The notes beneath the pieces were generated by a model. The model saw only the letters and a list, made by a program, of their open reading frames with translations, was not told the origin of the DNA and did no database searches. The position numbers were made by a program, and so were the translations under genes. From IMG/VR virus record IMGVR_UViG_3300033067_002291, positions 1 through 48,427 of that record: a DNA stretch of 48,427 nt; one strand, given 5' to 3'. The stretch is from a virus. Taxonomy: Duplodnaviria > Caudoviricetes. Positions 8,072 to 17,209 of this stretch are shown in pieces; the first letter of the stretch is position 1, and the number at the start of each line of letters is the position of its first letter.

Positions 8072-8881
8072 TTAGGCGGTTGCGTTTCCCTCTTTTGGCG
8101 CGTTTCCACCTGGACGCGGTTCTGTGTTTTTGAGTTTTGGCAGTTCCTCACTTCGACGCGCTTGGAACTTCTGGCACAACTTCATCACCGCTTTACTTTC
8201 CATAATTGAAGTTTCTTTGTCAACCGGGCCGAGGGCGATGAAAAAATCCTCAATCGTTTTAGTGATTAGTTCCTCTAGGTGCTCCGGCAAAGGTTCACGT
8301 GTTCCCTTACTTTCCGCACCGTCTGCAAGTTCTTGCCACTTCTCAAAAGGTAGGGTTAAGGCAAACTCAAGGCAAATAATCGTCCCGTCTCTAAAACTTT
8401 CCAGAGTCTCACCTTTTTGAGTTTTGAATCCGTCAATTAGTTCACCGTGAAAGTGTCTCAGCCAGCGGTTAATAGTTCGGGCACTTGAATTGGGAGTAGC
8501 CTCAAGGTTCAGTTCAACCTTTTGGGCACTTGCAACATCACTAAACCATGTTTTAAGGCTATCGGCGGTACAATCCAATTGATCAATAAAGGGCGCAATT
8601 AACATTCCCTGAATAACCGGGGGCAAACTTGGCAACTGCAAAACAGGTTCAGGAATTGCCTCAAGCTGAGCCAAAACGTGACTAACTTTTGCCTTACAAA
8701 TTGCGTAAACCCAGTTTAAGTAAGTTTCAGATGAAGCACTTGGAGCTTTTTGGGTTAGAAGTGCTTTGGGCAAGTCAAAAGCGTAGTCCTTCCAGGTTAA
8801 ACCGTTTGCCCAGAAATCAGTTGCGTTAATTGAATTAGTGTCGCTAATTGGCGTTTGTTGAATAGTTATTTCTTTAGACAT
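8072..8881 (-). CDS. Hypothetical protein
   Basis: 269-aa ORF downstream of a sigma70-like promoter. Confidence 0.75.
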   Translation of the reverse strand: MSKEITIQQTPISDTNSINATDFWANGLTWKDYAFDLPKALLTQKAPSASSETYLNWVYAICKAKVSHVLAQLEAIPEPVLQLPSLPPVIQGMLIAPFIDQLDCTADSLKTWFSDVASAQKVELNLEATPNSSARTINRWLRHFHGELIDGFKTQKGETLESFRDGTIICLEFALTLPFEKWQELADGAESKGTREPLPEHLEELITKTIEDFFIALGPVDKETSIMESKAVMKLCQKFQARRSEELPKLKNTEPRPGGNAPKEGNATA

Positions 8882-8937
8882 AATCTAGTTTCCAAAAATT
8901 GACTTTTTTCAAGCCACTAAGATAAGTTCTTTACACT

Positions 8938-8956
8938 GAAACAGTTTAACTGTTTC
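8938..8956. promoter_or_regulatory. Operator-like palindrome GAAACAGTT-T-AACTGTTTC
   Basis: Perfect 9-bp arms in the divergent control region. Confidence 0.45.
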
Positions 8957-9032
8957 CATTTATTTTTAACCTTTTGCGCATTTATTTTACATGTATTTAC
9001 CGTTCCCGATTGAATTTTTTCCTTACCCTTTA

Positions 9033-9061
9033 ATGATACCACAATTAATTCGAAAAGCCAA
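9033..9061 (-). promoter_or_regulatory. Host sigma70-type promoter TTGGCT-N17-TATCAT with an extended TG
   Basis: Canonical spacing and TGgTATCAT; faces gene 8072-8881. Confidence 0.55.
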
Positions 9062-9462
9062 AAAAAAGGGCTAAATTAAGTAAATTTACCAGTTCTCTAT
9101 TAACTGACATTAAACCGTTTAATTCACAATTCGCCACTGAGGCCATTCTGAACCGTCCCGCCATAAGAAACACGTAACGCCACTTAAAACCCCGCAAACG
9201 GGCAAACAGCAAGTAAAGAACCTAGTCCATGAACCTGAACGCGCCACCGATTCAATCCCGGCGAACCTGCGCAAGCCAAGCGAACTCGAAAACGCCACGA
9301 CCATAAACAAAGGTGACAAATGAACCAACCAATTCCACAACCTCCCATCAAAAGGAAAACAACTAACCAACCAACAACAAAACAAATGAACAACTCCACA
9401 AGAAAACAACTCACTAACCAACTAGCAAAAGCCCACAGCAATTGCCAAGAACTGTTTCGACA

Positions 9463-9496
9463 TTTCCCACTAAAAAGCCTTTCCCACTAAAAAGCC
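9463..9496. repeat. Perfect 17-bp tandem duplication TTTCCCACTAAAAAGCC x2
   Basis: Seen directly at 9463-9479 and 9480-9496. Confidence 0.9.
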
Positions 9497-9518
9497 AAGC
9501 TAACCAGTTAAAAAGGGT

Positions 9519-9548
9519 TAAGCAAACAAAAAGCCAATCGGGTATAAT
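9519..9548 (+). promoter_or_regulatory. Class 1 promoter TAAGCAAAC-N12-GGGTATAAT heading the plus-strand arm
   Basis: Same elements and spacing at 8026, 15735 and 21677. Confidence 0.8.
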
Positions 9549-9610
9549 AGGGGTGTGCGAAAAGGCGGGAGCCCTCTACCCCCAAAACAAAAAGGTGAAC
9601 CGAATTAAAA

Positions 9611-10024
9611 ATGATTGAATTAAACACTACCCCCAAAACAAAACCAACTAACAAATTGGAACTCTTAAGCCAAACAGAAGGAATTCTAATTGGAACTCTT
9701 CGAGAACAAAGAATTACCTCCCAACAACTTGCTAGCCTGTGGGACATTTCCCACAGAACCGTAGAAAGCCACCTTTTAGCAATTTACAAAAAACTAAAGG
9801 TGAACAACTTGGTTAGCGCAATTAATGCAGTTACCCTCAAACCCGGAGATCAAGTTTTCACCAATCGAGGAACAAACAAACAAACTCCAGCAACTATTGC
9901 AGAAACACAAACTCGTTACAAAGTTGTTTTCGACGACGGTTCCCACAATTGGATAACAATTAACCAATTAACTCCGATGGACGCAAACCTCCAAGCAACC
10001 TACCCAAAACAGGAAACAGTTTAA
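9611..10024 (+). CDS. LuxR-type HTH regulator with a C-terminal SH3/Tudor-like domain
   Basis: LSQTE...SQQLASLWDISHRTVESHLLAIYKKLKV matches the LuxR HTH pattern; the C-terminus is LKPGDQV...RYKVVFDDGSHNWI. Confidence 0.8.
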   Translation: MIELNTTPKTKPTNKLELLSQTEGILIGTLREQRITSQQLASLWDISHRTVESHLLAIYKKLKVNNLVSAINAVTLKPGDQVFTNRGTNKQTPATIAETQTRYKVVFDDGSHNWITINQLTPMDANLQATYPKQETV

Positions 10025-10027
10025 TTA

Positions 10028-10330
10028 ATGAGCAAGCCTTTAAGATTCGATCAAGCCAAAAAGACAATGACTGTCTCCGACACAGAAAGTTGCAACCATT
10101 ACCTAACTAAACTTTACTTTAGAGCCCAACAAATCTACAACCAGCCGCCAACTTTCCCAAACAAAAAGCCCACAACTTATGAAGCAATTCTCCAAGCAAG
10201 CAAAGAACAAAAAATCAAACCAACTAAACAGGTTCTTGAATCGGTTAAAAGCCAGTTAATCAAACAAACAAACCAACCAACTTTTGTAATTCGAAACTTT
10301 GAACTAGAAATTTCCTTGGAGCAAAATTGA
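10028..10330 (+). CDS. Hypothetical protein
   Basis: 100-aa ORF in a tightly packed operon. Confidence 0.65.
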   Translation: MSKPLRFDQAKKTMTVSDTESCNHYLTKLYFRAQQIYNQPPTFPNKKPTTYEAILQASKEQKIKPTKQVLESVKSQLIKQTNQPTFVIRNFELEISLEQN

Positions 10331-10605
10331 AGAACCCAACAAAACCCCAGCAAAGAGAACTAACTAACCAAGCAGTTATAAAAAGTAAACCAGGTAGTGT
10401 TCCAGTAATCAAATATGTTCACTCTGCAAAAATCAAAATTGGAACAATTCTAGTTGGTGGAAACAACGAAAGTTATGAAGTTACTAAAATTCACACCCGA
10501 AAAGTTAATGTCTTTTCTGAATTCAGTTTCGACATTCTCGACACTTCTGGATTAACTAACCACACAAAATGGTTTGACAGCTTTACCGACATTGCAACCT
10601 ACTAA
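10327..10605 (+). CDS. Hypothetical protein
   Basis: 92-aa ORF overlapping the upstream stop codon. Confidence 0.6.
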   Translation: MKNPTKPQQRELTNQAVIKSKPGSVPVIKYVHSAKIKIGTILVGGNNESYEVTKIHTRKVNVFSEFSFDILDTSGLTNHTKWFDSFTDIATY

Positions 10606-10607
10606 CC

Positions 10608-11033
10608 ATGAACAACCCTTTTGAAACTCTTCTCGACGTAATCAACAACCCAAAGAAAAGATTTGGAGAAAACCTAAAGTTTAACAAAATTTGGGATGGA
10701 CAAAAAGGTAACTCAATTGTTTCAGCAATTGAAGTTGTCTACTACAAAACAACTATCATCACTTTAACTCCATCAACAATCTCTTTCAACGCCGGTGGCT
10801 GGAAAACAGTTCTAACTTACAGAACAATTAACAAAATTCTCCGCCTTGCTAACGCCCCTTTCAAACTAACAAGCAAAACGCTTAGACCAAAAGGAGTTAG
10901 CAAAACTTATTGGTACATTGAAAACAGTTTCTCAATTTGTGAGTTCTACAACGGAATTACTTTCTCCCTTGAAACTCGACGGCACATTCCAACAGAAGCT
11001 CGTTACGACCAAAACAACTACTTAACCCACTAA
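10608..11033 (+). CDS. Hypothetical phage protein (GGWxT motif)
   Basis: 141 aa; ISFNAGGWKTVLT resembles a recurrent uncharacterised phage family. Confidence 0.65.
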   Translation: MNNPFETLLDVINNPKKRFGENLKFNKIWDGQKGNSIVSAIEVVYYKTTIITLTPSTISFNAGGWKTVLTYRTINKILRLANAPFKLTSKTLRPKGVSKTYWYIENSFSICEFYNGITFSLETRRHIPTEARYDQNNYLTH

Positions 11034-11071
11034 TTCCAAGCAACTAGACAAAATCCCCCAACTTTTCAACT

Positions 11072-12580
11072 ATGGCAAACCAACTAACTCAAGAACAAAC
11101 AACAATTATTGAAGCCTACAAGAACCCCGAGAACGCTTCCAAGAACTTTCTTATTAACGCAAGAGCTGGCTCAGGAAAAACTTTTACCGCCGTTAAAATG
11201 AGCCAATTCTCTCCAGAGGGAAGTCGTTTCCTAGCGTTTAACAAAACAATTGCTACTGAATTAGAAAGCAGAATTCTAACCGCTAAGTGCCAAACAATTA
11301 ACGCATTTGGCCACGAACTTTGCAGAACTAACCTCAGAACCTTTAAGGTGAACACAAGTAAGTACAAGTTCATTCTTGAAGACCAACTAAAAGCAACCCC
11401 GCTTTCAAACAAAGCAAAGTTCAAACAGGGCCAACAAAAAGCCGCTTTAGAAATAATTGACGACTACCGGGCTAATATGGGCTTAATTCCAATGAAGCAA
11501 TTAGTTCAAATTAAAGGCTTTAGCGACGACCAACTCAATGAAGTTACCAACCTTTTAAGTGATTGCATTGAAATCGGTTGCTCAAAAACTTCAACTGTTG
11601 ACTTTATGGATCAACTTTGGTTGCCAGTTCTCCACCAAAACAAAATTAATTGGGCTCGCTTAGGAATAACTGACCTCTTTGTTGATGAAGTCCAAGACCT
11701 TACTCCAATTCAGTTCGAGCTAATCAAACTAACCAACGCAAAAAGATTCATCTTTATTGGTGACCCTTATCAAGCAATTTACGGATTTGCTGGAGCCACA
11801 ACTGACGCTTTCAACCAAATTGAGAAAACATTCAACGCAATTAACTTTCCACTAACAGAATGCTTTAGAGTTCCTAATAACATTCTTGCTGAAGCCCGAA
11901 AGTTTTGCCCTGACATTCACTCAACCTTTGAACTAGAAAACAAATCACCTGAGCCAAGTGACAAAGTCACCCCAAGAGCCCGACTTTTCCGAAACAATGC
12001 AAGCCTAATTGGCTATTTCCTCTCCCTTTCCCCAGAAGTTCAAAACGATTGCGTAGTTCGTTGCACTCCTAAGTTCTGGCACGTTATTTACCAAGCAATG
12101 AACTTTGAGGACAGAAAACTAGCCAATGAAACAAACGAAAGCAACCAAACTGGAAGTTCCTTTAACTCCACTCAATTGCCTAGCCTTGAAACCCTTTCTC
12201 AACTTAAACCAACTGATGAAGTTAAGTTAGTTGCCTTGCTTTTGCCATTAGCCCAAGCCGAAGGAAAAGCCAACAATTGGTTTCAAGTTGGAACGTTCAT
12301 AACTGATTACTTCTACGCCCTCAAACAGAAAACAAGTGGCTTCCTAACCCTTTCAACAATTCACCAAGCTAAGGGACTTGAGTGGGATCATGTTAGCGTA
12401 GAACTAACTGAACTAACTCAAGAAGAACTAGAAGATTCCCAGAGCCAAGAAGTTAACTTGATTATTATTGCTCTAACGCGCAGTCGAAAGAGCCTCGATG
12501 TAACTTGGGTAGAAGCTGAGAACACAGAAGACGACCCACTAGAAAGAATTAACCACACACAGCACCAACTAAACAAATGA
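11072..12580 (+). CDS. UvrD/Rep-type SF1 helicase
   Basis: ARAGSGKT, FVDEVQD, IGDPYQAIYGFAGA, CFR, STIHQAKGLEW, ALTRS. Confidence 0.92.
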   Translation: MANQLTQEQTTIIEAYKNPENASKNFLINARAGSGKTFTAVKMSQFSPEGSRFLAFNKTIATELESRILTAKCQTINAFGHELCRTNLRTFKVNTSKYKFILEDQLKATPLSNKAKFKQGQQKAALEIIDDYRANMGLIPMKQLVQIKGFSDDQLNEVTNLLSDCIEIGCSKTSTVDFMDQLWLPVLHQNKINWARLGITDLFVDEVQDLTPIQFELIKLTNAKRFIFIGDPYQAIYGFAGATTDAFNQIEKTFNAINFPLTECFRVPNNILAEARKFCPDIHSTFELENKSPEPSDKVTPRARLFRNNASLIGYFLSLSPEVQNDCVVRCTPKFWHVIYQAMNFEDRKLANETNESNQTGSSFNSTQLPSLETLSQLKPTDEVKLVALLLPLAQAEGKANNWFQVGTFITDYFYALKQKTSGFLTLSTIHQAKGLEWDHVSVELTELTQEELEDSQSQEVNLIIIALTRSRKSLDVTWVEAENTEDDPLERINHTQHQLNK

Positions 12581-12620
12581 TTGCCCAATTCAACCTTAAC
12601 CGAGGAGGAAACAAAAACAA

Positions 12621-13163
12621 ATGAACGAAAATAACAACCCAATAGAAGGGAACCTTAACAACCCACACGGAAACCAAAAGCCTTTGACTACCCAAAGTTA
12701 CGACCCTTCCTTAATTGGTCAGCCAATCAACCAAATAACAATGTACGACCTAATTTCCCTTGACGCTTGTTTAAAGGGAAAAGAACTTTTCTTTACCCTT
12801 TTTGAGGAGGCAATGGAAATTAATGAAACTTGTGTAACAATTGCCCTTAACAACAACCTTCCATTTAATTGGCTATTGGAAAGCCTTGACTTAGTTAACG
12901 TTTGTTGTGAAGAACTTCCAGAATTTGCCAAACTAGACAGCGACCAAAGAGCCAACTACGTTGACAAAATAAGTTGGCTAAGAGAAAACCCAGAAGCCGA
13001 ACCAAAATTCAATTGGACTGATTTCTTTAACAAGCAAACCCAAGAAGTCAACGAACTGTTCAAAACAAAAGTTCCTGAGCTAACTGCTTTCCTTAACAAC
13101 CATTTCCCTAAAGCAATGGAGCAATTCCTCGACGACAACCGAGAAGACGACTACGAAGATTAA
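12621..13163 (+). CDS. Hypothetical acidic protein
   Basis: 180 aa with GAGGAGG upstream. Confidence 0.7.
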   Translation: MNENNNPIEGNLNNPHGNQKPLTTQSYDPSLIGQPINQITMYDLISLDACLKGKELFFTLFEEAMEINETCVTIALNNNLPFNWLLESLDLVNVCCEELPEFAKLDSDQRANYVDKISWLRENPEAEPKFNWTDFFNKQTQEVNELFKTKVPELTAFLNNHFPKAMEQFLDDNREDDYED

Positions 13164-13180
13164 CCCCAAACAAAACAAAC

Positions 13181-13432
13181 ATGGCAAAACTTCCCTTTCC
13201 CTACACCCTCTACCCTAACCGACAAAACCCACAAGACAAAGGAACAACTCATTGCTATTGGAGCCCTCTTACTGACCCCACAAAGAAAGCAACAACCGAA
13301 GCAGAAGCGATTGAACTAGCCCAGAAAATGTTATCTGATAACCCAGAACTCTACTGCATTAAAATTAACTTCAAACAATTCAAAACAAAAGACGCAGTTC
13401 ACGTCACAACAATTCTCCAACCAACCAACTAA
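13181..13432 (+). CDS. Hypothetical protein
   Basis: 83-aa ORF in the operon. Confidence 0.6.
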   Translation: MAKLPFPYTLYPNRQNPQDKGTTHCYWSPLTDPTKKATTEAEAIELAQKMLSDNPELYCIKINFKQFKTKDAVHVTTILQPTN

Positions 13433-13437
13433 ATAAA

Positions 13438-14730
13438 ATGGAAACTCAAATTAGCCAAACCCAACAAATTTACAACCTTAACCTTTCCAGCGACTATCTC
13501 CCCAATTGGGGAGGCTGGGAAGTTGCACGAGAAATCATTTCCAACGCAATAGACGCCGACCCAAACCTAAAAATAACCTACCCAAGTCCCGACGTTCTTG
13601 AGGTAATCACCTCAACAGTTCCTAGCCTTTCTGAAATGTTCATCATTGGACAAGGAACTAAAAGCGCGAACGGAGAAACAATTGGGCAGTTTGGAGAAGG
13701 CAGTAAAATGGCCGCTTTAGTTGCAACTCGTTGCGGAGCAATGGAACTTTTCCTACCAGAGCAAAGAGTTAGTTTTGCTTTTGAGGAACAAGAAAGCATG
13801 GGAGTTAAAACCCTTCACGCAAAAGTAATTCCTAGCGCGAACCCCAATGAGTTCCGAGTTAAAATCACCTATCCCGGAATTAGCATAATTGCTAAAAACC
13901 GAATTCTTTTCAACGTAGTTGAAGGGCCAATTAAAAAGGCAAGCAATAAAGGCGCACAGATTTACTGCAAAGGAATTTTCATTTCTGAAATTACCTCAGA
14001 AGAAAGCAAGTATCCTTTCCTTTATGATTGGAACCTAAACAAGTTAACTCTTAACCGTGACCGTAACATGGTTAATGCTAACTCAATTAGTGGAGCAATT
14101 AGCACTTGGCTCTGCTCTAACTTAACTCTTGAAATTGCAGAAGAACTAATTAGAAAAGACACATGCATTGAAAGTTCCGCCCTTTACTATGCCGATGGAA
14201 GCGACCACGTTAGGGGTTTAATGTATCAAGCGTGGACAAACGTTCACGGAGACAGCCTACTTTCAACAGGTGAAGAAACCACTAAAATTGCCAGAAGAGA
14301 AGGAAGGAAAGTTGTTGAAATTCAAAACAACTACTACTTCCTAAACGCCTTAATCAGATGCAAGATTCCCCTGGACAGTTCAGTTGTAACCCACAAGAAC
14401 CGTTTCCTTCGAGCAACTAACCAACAAGAAAAAGCAATTGCCCAACTCCGTAAACTTGACGCCTTAATTGGAGCCCCGACCCTTAACGAAGTAATTGTCT
14501 ACCAAACCACCAAAGAAACCCACTTTGGAAGTGCTGATTCAGCCAACCTGACAATTTACCTTAGTGAAGACCTCTTTGCTCCAGGAAATCAGTTTAACTT
14601 AATCAGAACTTACCTTCACGAAATGGCTCACATTATGAGCAACGGCGCAAACGACGAAACAAGAGAGTTTGAAAGCGCACTTGATAACTTGTTGGGCAAG
14701 CTCGGAACTTTCGCCCTCCAAAACCTTTAA
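13438..14730 (+). CDS. GHKL-type ATPase fused to a C-terminal HExxH zincin-like domain
   Basis: N-box REIISNAIDA, G-boxes IGQGTK and IGQFGEGSKMAA, and C-terminal YLHEMAHIMS. Confidence 0.75.
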   Translation: METQISQTQQIYNLNLSSDYLPNWGGWEVAREIISNAIDADPNLKITYPSPDVLEVITSTVPSLSEMFIIGQGTKSANGETIGQFGEGSKMAALVATRCGAMELFLPEQRVSFAFEEQESMGVKTLHAKVIPSANPNEFRVKITYPGISIIAKNRILFNVVEGPIKKASNKGAQIYCKGIFISEITSEESKYPFLYDWNLNKLTLNRDRNMVNANSISGAISTWLCSNLTLEIAEELIRKDTCIESSALYYADGSDHVRGLMYQAWTNVHGDSLLSTGEETTKIARREGRKVVEIQNNYYFLNALIRCKIPLDSSVVTHKNRFLRATNQQEKAIAQLRKLDALIGAPTLNEVIVYQTTKETHFGSADSANLTIYLSEDLFAPGNQFNLIRTYLHEMAHIMSNGANDETREFESALDNLLGKLGTFALQNL

Positions 14731-14751
14731 CCAAAAACAACAAAAAAAACT

Positions 14752-15186
14752 ATGGGAATGTATACAGAACTTAACATTGGTGTTCAATTCAAAGAGAACA
14801 CCCCAATTGAAATCATCAACGCCATTACTTATATGGCAAGTCAGGAAACAGAACAAGGAGAGATTAACTTTCCAACAACTCACAAACTGTTCGACGACAG
14901 CAAAGGCCGTTGGACTTGGATGCTTAACAGTGGGGGAAGTTACTACTTCGACGCAAAGCCTACTAAAATTTGGGAATTCGACAAAATTTCTGGAACCTGG
15001 TTCCTAACTCTTTGCACTAACATTAAGAATTATGACAGTGAGTGGGAGAATTTCCTTGACTTCATTGCTCCTCATGTTGATGAAGGGTACATTGGAACTT
15101 ACCGCTATGAAGAAGACAAACTTCCTACTTTGCTTTTCATTAAAGATGAAAAGTGTGAATTCTGCCAAGTCGAGGTAATTAATTAA
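14752..15186 (+). CDS. Hypothetical phage protein
   Basis: 144 aa, MGMYTEL...KNYDSE...GTYRYEE. Confidence 0.7.
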   Translation: MGMYTELNIGVQFKENTPIEIINAITYMASQETEQGEINFPTTHKLFDDSKGRWTWMLNSGGSYYFDAKPTKIWEFDKISGTWFLTLCTNIKNYDSEWENFLDFIAPHVDEGYIGTYRYEEDKLPTLLFIKDEKCEFCQVEVIN

Positions 15187-15188
15187 CC

Positions 15189-15524
15189 ATGAACAACCCA
15201 CAGCAACTAACAACCCTTTTAACCCTAGCATTTGCAGTTAGCGCGATCACGTTAACAATTACCAAAACTGAAGCATTCCGACCCGTTCGTTATTTCTTCA
15301 ACTTGCGTTATTCCAAAAACTCTAAAAATCCCAGCAAAAAGTTTTGGGATATTTCTAGCTACTTTGTCCATTGCTCTTTCTGTTTCTCTTTCTGGGCGTC
15401 TTTAATAATTCTAGCCTTAAAGGGCTTTACTGGCTGGGCTTTAATTCAATCCATCTTCGTTGTAATGGGAATGGCTTGTTTAATTATGGCCTGGACAATT
15501 CCTACTTTCTTTGGAGAAAACTAA
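15189..15524 (+). CDS. DUF1360-like membrane protein
   Basis: Hydrophobic helices plus FRPVR and CSFCFSFW (CxxCxxxW). Confidence 0.6.
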   Translation: MNNPQQLTTLLTLAFAVSAITLTITKTEAFRPVRYFFNLRYSKNSKNPSKKFWDISSYFVHCSFCFSFWASLIILALKGFTGWALIQSIFVVMGMACLIMAWTIPTFFGEN

Positions 15525-15528
15525 AAAC

Positions 15529-15708
15529 ATGGCAGAACCAAAAAGAAACATGCTTGACAGAATTGCTGACCGAAACGAACAAATTAACGGGCCAGGAATT
15601 CTAGGTGACCTTAGACAAATTGAAATTGATCTAATAATAGAAGATGTTATGGATAGAATGCCTGATGGAATTATGGAACAGTGTAGTGGCCCACCTGATG
15701 ATTATTAA
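15529..15708 (+). CDS. Small hypothetical protein
   Basis: MAEPKRN... ORF ending just before a class 1 promoter. Confidence 0.5.
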   Translation: MAEPKRNMLDRIADRNEQINGPGILGDLRQIEIDLIIEDVMDRMPDGIMEQCSGPPDDY

Positions 15709-15734
15709 GCTTGAAAGTGTTTTTTAGTTTCCAA

Positions 15735-15764
15735 TAAGCAAACAACAACAAAATTGGGTATAAT
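15735..15764 (+). promoter_or_regulatory. Class 1 promoter
   Basis: TAAGCAAAC-aacaacaaaatt-GGGTATAAT(TACCC). Confidence 0.8.
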
Positions 15765-15797
15765 TACCCTATTCCAACAAAGGCCCCCTCTTAACAA

Positions 15798-16631
15798 ATG
15801 GCAAAAACTATTCTTTCCGTCACAAATGCTTTCTTAGGAGTTGTTCCTCAAACAACAGCCCAACTCAAAAACTTTCCCGAACTTAACCTTCTAACAAAAG
15901 GCCCCCAAGCAATAATTGTTCCAGAAGAAACCTACCCAAAATTCGTTGAACAATTTAATTCAACTGCTCACGCACCACTTTTAGCCTACCGCCAATTAAA
16001 AGGCTTCGACGAATTGGCTACCCCGCTAACTGAACATGGCCCCCCAATTAGTTGGCTTGATTGGCTTGCTCAATTTAATTGGTTAGTTGCTCCAGAAGTT
16101 AAAACAGTTCACTTTGATTCCCCTAATGGAACTCGCTACTTTATCTGTAAATTCCACGTTGACCCAACTACCCATGAACCTTTTGGAGTTGAAGTTAGGC
16201 AAAGGCATAAAGAAATTGAAGTTCCTTACACCACTTTCACTTTCTGGGATGAACTAAAGAATTTTCCCCGTTGGAAGAATTGGGTAAAAGTTAAACGAGA
16301 AACTCACGGAGCAATGTGGGTTAAAATTCAAAGAACAAGTTTCAACGCTTTTACCCTCTCAAGCGGTTATCGGTTTAATTCGGGCCTCTACCTTAAAAGC
16401 CTCTATTGCCCAATGCTTCCAACTCAGCGAAAGTGTTTAACTGATTCCGATATTTCTCTTTATTGTCTTCAAGCGGCTAACTTAGCTGAGCAATTCTTTG
16501 AGCCCCTTGGAGAAGTTCTAGCCGAAAAGCCCCACCTAATTCCTAAACAGCAAGACCCGACTCCAGTTCAATTTGCCCAGCTTTTAACTAACGCCCAACA
16601 ATTCTTTCCCGAAGGAGTTTTCCACAAATGA
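15798..16631 (+). CDS. Hypothetical protein
   Basis: 277-aa ORF; no family recognised. Confidence 0.75.
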   Translation: MAKTILSVTNAFLGVVPQTTAQLKNFPELNLLTKGPQAIIVPEETYPKFVEQFNSTAHAPLLAYRQLKGFDELATPLTEHGPPISWLDWLAQFNWLVAPEVKTVHFDSPNGTRYFICKFHVDPTTHEPFGVEVRQRHKEIEVPYTTFTFWDELKNFPRWKNWVKVKRETHGAMWVKIQRTSFNAFTLSSGYRFNSGLYLKSLYCPMLPTQRKCLTDSDISLYCLQAANLAEQFFEPLGEVLAEKPHLIPKQQDPTPVQFAQLLTNAQQFFPEGVFHK

Positions 16632-17209
16632 GTGCTTTTCCAGTTGAACTAATTGACCGAAACGTTGACCGCCCTTTAACAAGCTTTCTAGCCTTTTTAG
16701 CCAACAAGCTCTCCTACAACTATTCAATTCCCCTTGAAGACGTAGAGGACTCAATCGCAATTAGCGTTCAAAGTTGGCTAAGACTTAGAGAAGAAAAGGG
16801 CCAACCCATTCGTAACGTTAATAGGCGCAGTCCAGAAGAACATAATGAACTTCACATGAGAATAACTGGTGACCTTAAAAACTTTTATTCTAGGAAGTTT
16901 GCTAGTGAACGGTTTAGAATTCAAAGTGAGAACGTCCCTGAAATTCGCAGTAAAATTCTTGCTATTTCCTGCCCTCAGGAGATCGTTTTAGGCCCCTCCG
17001 AGTTGGAGGCCGTCTTAAGAGTGCACGGCTTGAGTAAACGCCCAGAAATGACCGCTAGGGCCATACAATTAAGGGCTATGGGGGCAACCTTTTCTGAGAT
17101 AGCCGAAGAGCTAAAAACAACTTCTTCAATTGCTGAGAAACTAATTAAGAAAGTTGGAATTAAAATAGAACAAAAACAACTGACTTTAGAGGAACTAGGA
17201 ATTTGCTAG
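16628..17209 (+). CDS. Sigma-70/ECF-like protein 1 (region 4-type HTH)
   Basis: DVEDSIAIS (region 2-like) and RAIQLRAMGATFSEIAEELKTTSSIAEKLI (region 4 HTH). Confidence 0.55.
   Translation: MSAFPVELIDRNVDRPLTSFLAFLANKLSYNYSIPLEDVEDSIAISVQSWLRLREEKGQPIRNVNRRSPEEHNELHMRITGDLKNFYSRKFASERFRIQSENVPEIRSKILAISCPQEIVLGPSELEAVLRVHGLSKRPEMTARAIQLRAMGATFSEIAEELKTTSSIAEKLIKKVGIKIEQKQLTLEELGIC

Noticed and set aside
9119-9747. Minus-strand hydrophobic ORFs 9119-9421, 9184-9441 and 9508-9747, and a 56-aa plus-strand ORF at 9320-9490
   Set aside because: The minus-strand ORFs are by-products of the A/C-rich plus strand. The plus-strand ORF is low-complexity and ends inside a tandem duplication, so it is unsupported.
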